Part shown: piece by piece, positions 1 to 13,650 of the stretch | Numbering within the stretch: position 1 is the first letter of the stretch | Layout: each line of letters starts with the position of its first letter | NCBI GenBank assembly: GCA_965203295.1 | Contig: CBDBCZ010000012.1 | Location: forward strand, 320,001-384,000 | Length of the DNA: 64,000 bases | Direction: 5' to 3' | Source: Nitrospirales bacterium | GTDB taxonomy: Bacteria > Nitrospirota > Nitrospiria > Nitrospirales > UBA8639 | Notes under the pieces: generated by a model | What the model saw: only the letters and a program-made list of their open reading frames with translations | Databases searched by the model: none | Told to the model about the DNA's origin: nothing | Program-made: the position numbers and the translations under genes

Positions 1-158
1 TACTTGCATGTAACATTAATTGAAGGATAATAATAGCATGCTTCCCTTACACCAGTGTAAATTCTCATGCTACCTTTTCATTGTGGGTGTAATTACGTGA
101 AAATAAGTACAGGATACTGGTATGTACATGCGTACCTCTGTTCTTCCAAATCTTATAC

Positions 159-1530
159 TTCTGTGTTGCCTCCAAGGCAGTCCTGCAGCAACCGTGTCAG
201 CTTAGAATCTCGATCAGGAATATACTTCACACCCGAGGTTGTCAGTGCTGTAACCACCAGGAAGAGAAGTGGAAACTCTGACAACACTCCCTTTTTCTTA
301 GTGTATATGCTCATCTTCACTACTACACCTTTGCAATTGACAGCATTTCTACTGGGCAAATTAAGGCCATGTACACTTCAATCAAAGATTCAGTGTAACA
401 AACATTTTCTAGAAGTCTATAAAGGATTAAACAATAATATACTCATGTCACTGCTGTAGGGTTTACGCCATTGACCACGCACCCACATACGCAGGCGGAA
501 GTTTTAAGATCTCCAGTCAGAGGACAAGAACAAGAGCAACGAGATGTTTCACCATCTTGATTACCATAATATTCTTCTAGTATTCTAGATTAATATTAAT
601 AAACTTTTAATTGGTCATAATAAAGTATATACTGGAATTCACTCCACCATTTGGCAAATAGAGATGTGCATTTTTGTCACCAGCCAGCAAAAGGCATGTA
701 TAGGAATGTAGCATTGGGGGTGGGGCTACCCAGCCTACTTGGCTGATCGAGTTCATGCAAAGGCCAGCAAGAGCGTGTTTCACCATCATGTCTTCCGGAA
801 ACATTTTTGTCATCATATGTATTACAGTAAACAGAAAAAAACATTAACAGAAGCAATCTGCAATGTGACACTGTGCCTTGATTTTCCATTGTATGTACAT
901 AGTGAACTAACCTGGGTCCGAACACAAGATCATAGAAGAAATTGTGTGTTTCGTGATACGTCAGACTGTATATTAGCTCTCCAAAATAACCGATTCCGAT
1001 CTGTGAAGGCATTTTCCTTGACTCTGGTTTGATATCAATGGTTACTTTTTTATTAACCTAAACACACTGTGTGTGCACATGGAAAAGTACACTTACATGA
1101 CGCTATAGATACATATGCATACATAGCAACACAGTTAGTTGCAAGAGGCAATAACTGTTACACTACGCTATAACAGTTGTGATAGAGACCCCACCAAACA
1201 TAATCTAATTTACAGCAAAAGCTGGGAAGTAGAGCCTGGGAACGAGGCTATACATGTAGCACAATACAGGCTATACACTAGCTGAAGATAAAGACATCGT
1301 GTTTTACATGTACATATCAGATTAAAAATTAACACTCAACACAAAAAGGAACATAACTGTATAATGGGACAGTTTTGCATATCAGCTTTCTGCCTACTGT
1401 ATTGATGTCTTCTACCTTGATTCACTCTGACTCTCTCTTCAATGAGCAGTAATGCTGTCTGTCTTCCAATGTCTTCTGGTAGCATAGGAGTAGGGGGATC
1501 AACTCCACTGGTAGAAACACTGAACTGTTT
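159..1530 (-). pseudogene. Kinesin motor-domain gene remnant
   Basis: Exon 159-247 [30 protein letters not shown] matches kinesin [20 protein letters not shown], with Y>D. An exon ending at 912 has HNFFYDLVFGP (FxFDxVFGP). The P-loop and switch exons expected between them are absent. Confidence 0.75.
442..607 (-). mobile_element. LINE 3' fragment (same family as 16267-17673)
   Basis: CTCATGTC..GCTGTAG..TTTACGCCATTGACCAC terminus. Confidence 0.75.
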
Positions 1531-2492
1531 GCATGCAATGTGACGATCCGTTGGCTGCGTGCATCATTCCCTCTGTGCTCTCAGACGCCAGCGTTAGTTC
1601 ATAGCCAGGAGACCTACACAGTAAATAGATTTTTTTGCCGTGAAGTAAACACATACAATAGTAATGCAGGATTCAATAACAAGGCGAACAACAAAAACAA
1701 GACAATGCGGAACAAAAAAAGTACCAAAATGTAGTAAACAAAATACCAACATACAAGACTACTAATATTTACAAGGAAAAAAATGTGAGAAAATTAGCAG
1801 TCTTGTTACTTTCACTGGGGAATTATGATATAAACGTGGGCAGAGATCAGCTAGCCCCACCCATTGGCAGTGCATCTTAACTGATAATAAATACACCTAG
1901 CATACCCACATGATTAATATCCCTTTCCCAGCCTACACTTTAACCTTGATTGCTAATTATCTATGCGCAGTCTAGCCAACTTCTATTAATACCCACAATA
2001 AATAGTACTCTACTATCTATGTACCTAACCAAGGGGTCGCTTGCAATATCCACTCGGAGTCTCCAGTGCAAGCAATGCGAATACTGCAAGCGATCCCCAG
2101 TCTCGTTCTGCCCTGTGAGACTAAGCGATCCCATGGTGGGTAGAAGTTGGAGCTAACTAGCTAGGTATTAACAAGTCTCGGCTACATTATCTATGGTATC
2201 AACTAGCTAGACTATTAATGTGCTACGTACCTGGACTCCGGTTAAACGGTTGCTGTAGTTTGCTAGTTCCCAGACTAGTAGTTTGCAGTGTTAATAATAG
2301 CGTTCGTTCCGCAAAACTAGCACTGAAGGTACCACATGCCCTTAACAGAGACAAGAAAAGTACAAGTGTAGGCCCGTGCAAGTTGTCACCCCACCTCACC
2401 CATGCACCACAGCCCATGCACAGGTGACACTCAATCTACTTCCACAACAAATGTACACTTGTTTACACAACTGTGTGAACTAATAAATGTAA

Positions 2493-4036
2493 CTAGGATG
2501 TAAGATGCAAAAAGCCTTGGGTCAAAGTACCATTTGGTGTGTGTTCTACAAAAACCTGTCCAATCTTACTGATGCATTTCTTCTGATGTGACAGCATGTC
2601 CACAAATGTAAGAGGGCCAATGCTCTGTAAGTAAACAAACATACTATCATGGGTAAAGTACAAAGAACTGAAGCACTGACAGCTATTTGGGCTTTGTCAG
2701 TGTGGTGATGGTGTGTGTAGCACCTAGAGCAGACCAGCAAGTTCCGGCTGACCAGCAGCTACATACAGCCCTTAATTTGACTCTCACCAGGCAAGCCTCC
2801 ATGAAATAAAAGTGATCTAAGGATCTACTGTAGTTTAACTTTTCTCTGGTCTCCTAATCCTTCATTTACAATAGAAAAACTACTAATAAACAGTATTTCC
2901 TAATCAACCCAAAAAGTTAGCAACACCCTAACAGCCAGACACCGAAGGGAATAGGGTGAGGTAACTAATACCAAGCATGCCTAAGCCCACCATCAAAGTG
3001 GTACATAATACTGGACAGCATTGCTCAGAGAAACACTCTAACTAGCCTCGTTCCCTTTTTAAAACTTAACATGTTATCTGGGAACAAGACTATGTACAAA
3101 CCTGCAATTGTAGGCCAAGCTATGGCAAACAAGTGGTGGTGTAGTGTTGCCTAGACAGCGATAACGTAGTAGGCAACCATGATAGTTACAGCTGCTACAT
3201 GTATCTGGAAGCACATGATCAAGCTTCTGAGTCAGCACTTTTAATGTACTGCATTATGTAGGTTACTTATCTGCATGTGCAGAATGAGACAGACAGCCCA
3301 TTACAGTTCTACAGCTGCAGTTAGCTTGGTGTAACTGCTTGCTGAGCTAAACCTTGTGTGTTTCACTTAAAAAGTTCCTGGCTGGTTTCTTTAAATACGT
3401 GTACATGTAGGTGAAAAACATCAAACTTTTCATTGATGCCAGAAGCATGCCCTAGACCTGCAGCATGTGCATTATTTACCAAGGGAGAAATTCCAATATG
3501 TATGCATGTAGCTGGTCACAAGATGGATACCTCGTGTTAGTAACTGGGCAGGTGATCTCAAAGGCCTCCTCTAACTGAGTAGATCCCGGACTCTTTGTCA
3601 CCGAAATCTTCAGTTCTGGCATCGGTGGAATCAAAAACATCATGCAGAGGCATCAGTGGTAAAGGAAAGCTACAACACAGGAAATACATAGTTAAACACA
3701 AAAGTCCGCATGGAGTAAATTGAAGCCTCCATCGCCAAATCCAAGACTACGAAGAAAACGTTCCCCCCCCAAAAGGAAGGCTACAGTGAGTTATTGCAAG
3801 CCACGTTATTGCAATGGACCATACACATATGACGCTACAAAATTGTGTGTGGACAATGGTGACAGCAAAAAATTAGATTTCAGTTTCTATTGTCCAAATT
3901 CTGAAAACAAAAAGTCTGGAATGACATCATCATCACTTACTGCTGCCCTCAGCTGTCCAGTCTGAATCCTCCCTCTTTCACCAAACCCGGAGCGCCAGAC
4001 GATATCCATCTTTCCAACTGAGACGTTGTTAGTCTG
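2493..4036 (-). pseudogene. TRAPPC13: TRAPPC13-like 3' exons, probably decayed
   Basis: Exon ~3941-4036 TNNVSVGKMDIVWRSGFGERGRIQTGQLRAA (cf. [22 protein letters not shown]). Exon ~3531-3631 IPPMPELKISVTKSPGSTQLEEAFEITCPVTNT has a TG instead of AG acceptor. Last exon 2493-2624 SIGPLTFVDMLSHQKKCISKIGQVFVE...*. No 5' exons found. Confidence 0.8.
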
Positions 4037-4914
4037 AGAGAAAGGAAGAAGCCATATCAGTTACTAAGTATACTGTAGAGCACCAAAATTTCGAGGCATT
4101 TAAATTACTCAGTTTTCATGGTGGGACCACAAAAAATAAAGCTTGCGAAATGTTAGTACTACATTGTATGTAGCGCGGTTAACAAGGTTCCTCGATCTTC
4201 GAAATGTTCCGCACGACTAAACCATGAAAATGTGCTCCTCAAAATTTGGTGCCATTCGGAATTGCCCTATGGTAGAGCGGTCATGGCAGCTATTTTGACA
4301 TGTGGCCTCTCAGAAGGTTTCTGAAATGTAAATTCAGGGATCTTACAGGTACTGTAATGAGAAGTTTCAGTCACTAACTGCATGTACGTGCGCGCATATT
4401 CACTACTACAATAACAGTATACTGTTACTGTAGTAGTGTTTACTGTACTTGTAGCCTTGCCTTCTGATTTCACAGAAATTCAGGGTCATATGACAGCCCA
4501 AACACTACCATAACGGCAACTGCGTTACATGTACATACTGTACTTATAGAGCAAGCATGCCCGTCTATGCTCTAATTAAAAAAGTTGACGACAGTATGAC
4601 TGCAGCTTTTGTGAACAGAGGCACAATTAAGCCCACCCTGAAATCCATTAATTGGGAATTATAATTTTCTCCAGCACAGTTGCCAAGGTAGGCTAAGGTT
4701 CCCCAGTGGTTATAGATAATGGTTCATTAAGTGACACCTGTTAATAACTCTCTGATCATTCATGCGCCCGCAGTACAAAGTCAGAATCGGTGTAACTTGG
4801 CGAGGATGCCATCTTCAACACGTGCCTGCCCTCGGGATGGTCCCCGGGGCCGAAAGCGTTACAAGCATTTACATACACTAGCTCAGATTCGACCGCCGCA
4901 ATGCAAGATTAGTT

Positions 4915-6235
4915 GCCTCACACTAAGGTGCTCAGCAATCATTGCATTATAATTGACTATGTGCACTCCAGTGGCACCCATCGCAGCAGTGTAATGGTTT
5001 AATCACTGCAGCTGCCATGCAGAAAATAGAGATGCAGAAATAGCTGATTTTTTAGTTCTAAAGCAAAAAGTGTTTAAGGTTTTGTATAGTACCACAGCTT
5101 GAGTGAAGGGGTATATGTACTTCAGTCCAGCAAAAGACCACTCTAAGCATTAGGAACTACATAGTCTACACTAGCTCCGGAATGCCTCAAAATATAGTTA
5201 CAACAGAAATGCAACTTGCCTGAATCAGAAAATTAGGGTTGATGGTGCATGTTCTCCCCAAGAACTGCACACGCAAATCAGTGGAGTCAAGGACGGTCTG
5301 AACTACTCCAACTTTCTTGGTTGCCTACAGAAGACAGCAACAGTATTGTTCATGCAGATAGCTTCGCACACACTAGCAAACATACATAAATATTGCAGCT
5401 CAGAAGGCCATAGAGTCTTTTCCTATGACATAAAATAGCCAGGGCTGCATGTAGATGCCACTTGAAACTTATGCATACATGCTTGCTTAATTCGGAACGG
5501 TTGTCACATTACTAATCTGTACGATTTCGAACACTGGCAGTGCACTGCCAGTGTTCGAGATCGTACAGATTAGTTTTGACCACTCCGTTTGCTAACTGTA
5601 GCAAGGACTATTATGGCAGCCTGCTACTTGGCAGAGTGTGGTTGCCAACTAATGAGTCCCGCTACAATAGAAATAAAAGACGAAAGGTACCTCTTGGCTG
5701 TCTGATCTGTGGGTGGTAATGCGAGAACCATTCCGAATTATTATACCAGAGCCACCTGAGAACTATACTAATTATGCTTGCTTAACAGTGCCACCTATAC
5801 TAACTGTACTGTATATTAAGCTACGTGAACACAACATACAGCTAGGGCATGGCCACTCATTATAAATGCTGTACCATGCACTTAGTAAGGTGCTCAGCAA
5901 TACTGCATCATAATTGACTATGTGCATTCCAGTGGCACCCATCACAGCAGTGTAATGGTTTAATCACTGCAGCTCCCAGGCAAAACATAGGGATGCAGAA
6001 ATGGCTGATTCTGAAACAAAAAGTGTGGAAGGTTTTGAATAGTGCCACAGCTTCAGTCCAGCAAAAGACCACTCTAAGCGCACAGCCTAATACCACACAT
6101 TAGGAACTACATAGTCTACACTAGCTCCGGAATGCCTCAAAATATAGTTACGACAGAAATGCAACTTGCCTGAATCAGAACATTAGGGTTGATGGTCCAT
6201 GTTCTTCCCAAGAACTGCACATGCAAATCAATGGT
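4915..6235 (+). repeat. Local direct duplication ~4915-5280 / ~5880-6235
   Basis: Shared TAAGGTGCTCAGCAAT...GCAACTTGCCTGAATCAGAA...GCAAATCA. Confidence 0.9.
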
Positions 6236-8210
6236 TTAAACTGGTGGTGGCTTCGTAGGGGAGAGGACTGGTAGGGAGCACCTACATACAAGAATCGTAA
6301 CATTTCGGCACCACTTATGCGATGTAACAATCTTTGTAAGTTAAATTCAGCGGTAGAAAATACTAGAAACTGGGCTGTACATGTATTAAAACTGGAAAGT
6401 ACAAGAACAGGAGAAGGAACTGCCAGAGAACACAGACGCAGGAGGGAACCAGGAGCCACACTGCCCGTAGTCACACACAAAAAATTTAAGAGGGGAATAT
6501 TAAAAATTGTGTTAAAATAGCGACCAACGTGCAAATATGGTTCATTTCATTGACAGTAACAGTGGTCTTGGCATTACTTAGCACGGTACACCATGGACCA
6601 CAACATGGCTGCAGTAGTCATTACACATGTATACTAGAAAATGCAACATACTGTGCGCTGTGTCTTATCTATTTCCTATCTCTACTTTTATGCACTTCCG
6701 CTATGAATGCATTTCACGATAATCCATGCAGCTGATATTTTACACACGAGAATCACTCCTGTTCTGCAGTTGTCTACAGAGATACAACAGTCTAAGTGAA
6801 GCCAATGGTGTGTGTATGTACATGTAGTGTGAAATGCTTAACTTGCCTATGTATATGCACTTACTCTTGCATCTCTGCTTGTCCGCCATACATACACTTG
6901 GCATTGTGGTCCACGCCTCAACACAAACTGGTTACTAACCTACCACAGGGAGGTGTCCTGGGTAGTAGTATCCACCAGTAGCTGCCACCTTGCATTTCAA
7001 GTCCATCTGCAGAATTATTGAGTGAGGGTCAGTACACCCGGAAGATATGGGGTGCTTGTGTATGGATTGTGAATAGCACCCCAGAGTCATTTGCTGAGTG
7101 AAAAATGGTGCCAAATGTAGTTATGATGGGTGAGCAGAAATACAGGCATATGTATGGCTGGTGACAGATCAGAACCATCACCTGTGTGTGGCTTGGTAAA
7201 TAAGTGTCAGATTATGTAGACCATATCATGTCAAATTAAAGATGCTTTGACAACACTTCATTGAAGGTCATCATTCATAGCTTGCACATATGTACATACA
7301 CATGACAGCATATTAGATAACTTAAAATACCCTTCCGTTATGGCCAATTCTGTATACATTGCCTTTTTTGGTCTCCTTCCACTCCACCCATGCAGCATTC
7401 CCCTGCAAGATGAAATAGCAGTATTTTGCTACAAGGTTTGCAAGTCACGAATAAACCATAACATGTACATGCATGTGCATACCAAATATTAAGGAAGCAG
7501 GACAATAAAATAAACAGTATTAGGCTAATAAGCCTGGCACTAGCTCCAATACTCCTCTCTGTAATCAATATCTGAATCGCACACTACAGGCGGCGGAATA
7601 TACGGATGTTATACCTTCTGTTCATAATGTCATGTTGATGCATGCTCATTTGTTTATGGGATATTTAATTATAAACATGCATGTGGGGCATTGTGTGGCT
7701 GGAAAGGTAGCGTGAAAGAGTGACATAGAAAAAAGCATAAGCTTCCACAGTTTCTGGGAAATGAAGAATAGAGTTGGAGAAATGTTGAGAATTTATGACA
7801 GTTAAGTACTTATAGCTTGGTCTTCATCATCTTCCCATCCTTGAAGCTTCTGAAGGGTTCCGGTTTTGTCATAATCGCCTATACAGATTGACAATCCTGT
7901 AATAACAGCTCATAATCAATCCTATCTGGCTGGAAAACAACACACAGTACGAATTTATAACCTCCCAAATTCTGAGGCTACGTATATAGAGGGATAACCC
8001 TGGCATTGTACATTGGTACATGTAAAGGTACGTTTGTCCAGGTATCAATGGCGGATTACTAGGGCAGGGTTAATGGAAGACATCTCTATCAATGGGTGTG
8101 GCTCTTACAAAACACATTTTAATCTGTGACCAGTACTCTACCTCATAGCTAGTGGCAGCTACAGGCATTTAGCCTGTCTAGGTCTTGCCATTTCCCACCT
8201 CCTATCCCAG
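5220..8210 (-). pseudogene. Mind bomb (MIB1/MIB2-like) E3 ligase remnant: Mib/HERC2 and MIB-repeat exons
   Basis: 7814-7878 DYDKTGTLQKLQGWEDDEDQA (donor mutated to AT); 7331-7402 GNAAWVEWKETKKGNVYRIGHNGR; 6940-7006 MDLKCKVAATGGYYYPGHLPV; ~5220-5325 ATKKVGVVQTVLDSTDLRVQFLGRTCTINP. KWQDLD near 8180-8200 is cut by a MITE. No ankyrin or RING exons found. Confidence 0.82.
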
Positions 8211-8211
8211 A

Positions 8212-8460
8212 GTATATATGACATATTGCTATGGAAATGGCAGGAGGCTATACACCTTATAAAAATTCGACATAATATGAATCCTGTCCAATCGGTGTAT
8301 ATCATTGCTATACCACCTACTGGTGTTTGTAGTTTATGGGAATATACCCCTCGGGCCTGCGGCCTTCGCAGTATACGTACACATATTCCAAATAACCTCC
8401 TCCACAGCAGGTGGTATATCACTGATATATATACACTTCCTGGTCATGGTTTATATATTA
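8212..8460. mobile_element. Palindromic dispersed element; inverted copy at ~56248-56490
   Basis: Central CCCTCGGGCCTGCGGCC motif; related hairpins at 15662-15803 and ~19040-19202. Confidence 0.75.
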
Positions 8461-8774
8461 CTTATGGGAAATTAGAGGTATATGAAGAAAGTCACAGAGG
8501 AGCAAAACGTATAAATCCTGAAAAATACAGAAAGGATTAACTAAGGGAAAAGTGTATTCCTTTGAGGTAGACACTTTCTGAAGCCAGTATGATGAGCAAA
8601 GACAGCAGATCGATATACATGTACACTCATAGAGATAATCAACTACTTGCAGAAACACTACTGTCAAACATTGCATGGTCGCAGATAGCAGCAATCATGG
8701 AGACAATTAATTCTCCTCTGCTTTAAAGACTGCCCAGTACAAGCCTCTATGAAGTGGCAATCAGCTCCTCTATC

Positions 8775-8839
8775 TAACCTCGTTCCCAGGCTCTCCACAA
8801 AAATGACAAAAGCTCTGCAGAGGCCTGGGAACGAGGCTA
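8775..8839. mobile_element. Academ(H)-type MITE
   Basis: TAACCTCGTTCCCAGG...CCTGGGAACGAGGCTA; TSD TCCTCTATC/TCTTCTATC. Confidence 0.8.
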
Positions 8840-9053
8840 TCTTCTATCTATTATTAATTATTGAGCAATATAATATAATATGCATTTAATTAGAGGATTT
8901 CTTTTAAAAAAGCTTGCAGGGTTTCGAATGCACCCCTTGGCTGCCTTTGCTAAGTAGCAATGTGCTCTCAATACTATACAGATGTATATATGGCGGTTCA
9001 ATTACCCGATGCCGCCTAGAGATAACTAGCTACTATTGTACTGTAATCATTTG

Positions 9054-9150
9054 CTCATGTTGCTGCTGTAGCACTCACGCCACTGACCACACACTCATAG
9101 ACGCAAACAGAGCTTGTAAGATCTCCAGTTACAGGACAAGAGCATATTGT
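9054..9150 (-). mobile_element. LINE 3' fragment
   Basis: Same terminal motif. Confidence 0.7.
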
Positions 9151-9516
9151 ACTCTTGGGAGAATAATGATCGGTCATTCAAGTGGCATTTTTGCAGTACC
9201 GATGACATACGGTAAATATAATCATACAGTAAATATAATCATAAGACAAGGTTAAAACACAGCAGTGTACAGAGCAGTAAGCACAGCTAAACACGCATGA
9301 CAGTAGCTCTCATAGAAGCATGTAAGTTGCTTTCATTTGCAAAAGGAAACTACGAAAGCAGAATAGCTAGCTGACTTACGGTCGGTGTTTTAATTCAACG
9401 ATTGATTTTTGCTGCTGCACAGTACAAGAAATTGGGAGGTCAGGAATGGGTATATGGGTAGCTAATCACCTTTCCTTCCTCATCAGCCATGCATCTCAGA
9501 TTCTGAATGTCTAAGA

Positions 9517-10911
9517 TCTACAGTTATCATTTTAGAAGCAATGGAGATGACACAAACAAGCCCTGGCAATCTATATCGTGTGCATGATTGTCCCATGCAT
9601 TGTCCCATACTATTTAGTAGACTGTAGGCATCATGTGTAGTGTGCTGGACAAGTGTTGTCACTGCTGCTGAGTTAAAAGTAGTGCAACACCAATATTACA
9701 CCATGTGTCAGTGTCACTGAGCATTTAGGAAGTATCCTAAAAATGCTCAGTGACACTGAGAGAGATATATACTAGCCTATATGATTGCATACGCCACAGC
9801 AATTAAGATAAGCTTAATCACATTCATTATGCTGTTTACGGAATATTTACCAGAACACGTGGTCGGAGGCCTTGCAAGTGCGCGTTGAAGTGCATGTTGC
9901 AAGATGCCTGTACAAGTACGGCGAATAGGCCTAGGCAATGGCTGTGCGTAACCTTGTGATATTAATTTTGCATTCTTATCTTATTACGTAGTGTACTAGA
10001 TACATTATAGAGCATGCTCATACCTTGCTCCGTTTTCAGCGCATCGAAGACAAGGCTTCCTTTTAGCTGCCAGCATGCAATACGACTAGCCCCCCAGGGT
10101 GCAGTGTCAGAACAAAACCTGTAAATCATGGTGATATCTCGCGTGGAGGTCGACACCACGTGGTCTGGACTAGCTGGAGTTGTACTCGCAGCAGCAGCGT
10201 GGAGCACGGATTAGTGGCATTCGCTAGCAATTTCCAAACCGTGGATCCGTACGTGGGCACTTGATTTCTAGACCCCTCTCGGGGCCCCGCAGCTATGCAT
10301 GGCTGTAGCGTACGGTGCCCCATCTCAAGTACCTCGGAACTCTAGGCTAGCTACACCCCCCATGGCCCAGGTCTGCCATCACTGATCCGCATAAATACCT
10401 CTGCACTATACTATCAGACAACTTGCAAGTGCCACTAGATTGTTTTCCAAACATTGGAACGGTAGGGGCATTTATAAAGGCCCCACCCATTCCAAAGTTT
10501 CTTGGATGATGGCCTAAATTATAGGACAAGCTGAGCACGCATGAAGATGTGGGATAGGAGGGGACAAGAAAGTTCCATTTCTTGTAAGTATGTTGCACCC
10601 ATCTGTCAAGTAATGTGTGAATTGGGTACCCATAGGGGCTTATGAGCGTCAGGGTTCATGTACCCACGATAGTGAAATACTACCAAGGCCTGTACAAGAG
10701 CCAGAGTGGTACTCTCCACCCCTGGGTTGATTAGTTGTGTCCATCTTGTTTTCAGCTCAAAATACTCTACAAGATTGGCTGGCTCATACAGCGCAAGCGT
10801 GATCTCAAGTCCAAGTTAATGACCTCGTAGATCTACCAAGGACACAGGAACTTGGACAGTATGGAGGTGAGTGTAGTATTACCGTAAAATTATGAACTCC
10901 TTATTAGTAGG
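9517..10911 (+). repeat. 1.4-kb dispersed direct repeat, copy 1
   Basis: Aligns end to end with 32921-34312. Confidence 0.95.
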
Positions 10912-11695
10912 AACCACAGAATCAGTTCCATGGTATCTTACCAGGAGCGCATAATGATGTAAGAAAAAGTCATTATGCGCTCCTGATCTTATTGGTATCG
11001 TTGAATTCCATACAGAACTCCCAGGGAGACCGGTCAATTGGACACACCCTGTTAAATTCACGCACATAATATTCATTGAACATGAGTATAATATTGATAT
11101 GTTTACGTAAATAGTATTACACATGTAAAAATTATGGCACAATCTTTAATTGTGCTCTCAAAACATCTGTGGCATTAAATTCACCTGCAAAATTTGGTGC
11201 TGCATGTAGATAGCGTGTATACTGAACTTGCTCATATGCTTTAATGAACTAGGTCGCTACAAATCTGTGAATGCATGGCCATATTGTCGTTGTCAGACAG
11301 TTTGTGGTGGCATTATCAATCTATTGCCGCTTGCATAGATAGTAGAGTACTCTACTATCTATGCCGCTTGCGATTAACTGTCACATGACACATAGGCTTC
11401 ACATGTAAAGTGAGATCAAAAATACTTTAGAGTTGCTATTTCTCTAAACTTGGAAGTTAAATTTTTGCTCTGTACAGTATGGCTTCCCTATTCCTATTAT
11501 ATAGGAAAATAAAAAAACATTGAGAAACCGCTTCCAAAGCATGTCCATGATACTAAGTGTTTTTTAGACGAACTGTTGTAAGAGCCTGCTTTTCAATGAT
11601 CAGAGAACACACTCATGGATTGTGAACAATCTAATGTGGACTTTTGAGTAATTAGAATTTTTGGTATTATACATGACATTGCATTAGCTGAGGCA

Positions 11696-12730
11696 TAAGG
11701 TTGAGATGGTACTGCTTTGCGTGGTTCTTCTCATGAATAAATAATGAAAGATGTCATTCACATGGCACTAATTTATATGTTTATGATTTCCATGGTGGCA
11801 ACTGGAATCAAGTGGAGGGATGTGTCACTTTGATGTAGTTAACTCTTTACCAATTAATGACGCATATTGCGTCATGAGCTCCCATAAGCCCATATGAATT
11901 TATATGGGGGTTTTAATACTAGACGTTAATACTTTGTACAGGCTTTTCTGCTTCTTTAAGCTGTTTCTTATGGTTGGTAAAGGGTTAACAGCTCTTTGCT
12001 GTGTGATATTGACACTTTGATGTGGTTGAGCAGCAAAGTTGCCTTTTAATTTTTTAATTTTAAATAGGACCATGTATTATTATAGTGGTGAGAAGCATAT
12101 AGGCTAATTATGGCTGAATAGTCAGCTGGTGTGTTCCACAAAGTTTGTTAGGCGGCTGAAGTGCCTATGAGTCAGCCAGACAGATGGATAATTATCCTGA
12201 CAGGTTGTTGCCCATCTTATGTAGGCTATAGTTTTAACCTTTACGGTCCATAGGGTTCCATAGTGAGCTGTGGTTAGCTACGTAGTTGTGTGAAAATTTG
12301 TGAAGATTTATAGGGAGTGCTTTGATGGGTGGTTTTCAATAAAAAAGCTAACATATATTTGCTGTGAGTTGGTTAAAGTTTGTAAGGCAGCTAGGGATCA
12401 ATTATGTCTGACAGAAGTGTGCAGGCATATAATTTTTTTGAAAGGCAGGATATCCAAAATGAGCGTTTTGGGGTGGTGAGATGCGTTCTGGGATATAAAA
12501 CTGGGTTTGAAACGCTCTTGTGAAAAAGCCAAAGTACATTTTTAGCCTGCCTACTATGTAGGTACTGGTGATATTGTCATACTGTAAGTGGGGCTCTAGC
12601 AGATCCGATAATTTTCATTTTAGTAAATTGTGGATTCTTTAGTAGAGGGTGTGGTCATGTTCATAGACTTTCATGTTGTCAACATAGCCATCCACTTGAT
12701 TTGGAGATTTGAATATCATCGAAGTACCCC
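11696..12730. mobile_element. Old diverged copy of the same Kolobok-type family
   Basis: Aligns by eye along its length with 31240-32208. Confidence 0.75.
11843..11984. mobile_element. piggyBac-type MITE nested in the old Kolobok copy
   Basis: TTAA-CTCTTTACCAA...TTGGTAAAGGG-TTAA; absent from the other two copies. Confidence 0.8.
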
Positions 12731-13147
12731 CTGTAACGATAAATTCTTTAGGTTTAGGCATTGAGAGTTTACAAGCTAAACTGATTGCAAGCAAGAGATG
12801 TACATTCAAACTTCCTGTATAAAACTGCTGCAATAAGTTCAGGATAGTACCTCAGATCAGTGAACATACTGAGTGGCTGCTATACAGACATTGTTAAGAA
12901 GCTCTCAGCCCAATTAAGACGCTTGTCTTCATACATACATATGATGAACTGGACGCGTACATTGCATACAGTTTCTGTTCTGTCAATGTAACACCTGTCA
13001 CAGCTACCACGACTTCAGTAGTCCCACCATACCATGATATGGCGATCTCTATTAGTTGTACATGGAGCTATGTAGGAGAGGGAGACTTTTGAAGTGTGCT
13101 AACCAATCAGATGACAGAATACGCATTGCAGAAAATCTGAACTATAG

Positions 13148-13650
13148 TACATGGTTATACTTTCAAATCCAAGATCACAACAAATGGTGCTGTCAGAACT
13201 GCGTGGGTATCACAGCCCTTTTGAGATTGGAGATTCCTTTCCAGAAAGGTAATTGTTTGTGCAGGTATGATCCCAGACTGGAGCTGTGCTATTCTACTAG
13301 CATGTGTTCCTGTCATAATATTATCCTGTTGAGCATAGGAAACAACTGAGCTATGAAATTATTTTGAATACTTGTGCTAGCCATTTTAAAAAATGTGCCG
13401 AGTGAGAATTCTTGAGCTAGCGGTGAGTTCCCATGTGAGCCTACATGTGTACTAGATTATGTTATTGGATTACCAGCCTGTACTGTTTTTGGGTGAGTGA
13501 GCCAGATCAAACAAGACGAGTCCAATGTCTAATGATATTGGACACTCTGCTTATAGGAAATACTACGTTCTATGAGTATTGGCGTTGAGAATGTAGTTTT
13601 CACTAGTCTTGTACTGAGACATCAGCACCTCCTAGTAGATACCATAATAT
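13148..13650 (+). pseudogene. Exon-like fragments, possibly of a DENN-domain protein
   Basis: AG/GT-bounded blocks; EILRSMSIGVENVVFTSLVLRHQHLL loosely resembles the DENN LGVENVxxLFTxxLLExQILL motif (from memory). Confidence 0.3.

Noticed and set aside
677..1012. Synaptotagmin C2-like GELIYSLTY ORF
   Set aside because: The adjacent FFYDLVFGP motif and the downstream kinesin exon fit a kinesin remnant better; the ORF runs through a splice donor.
9962..10207. 81-aa ORF identical to 33355-33600 as a conserved small protein
   Set aside because: It has a GTG start and no recognisable domain; the identity is explained by DNA-level duplication.
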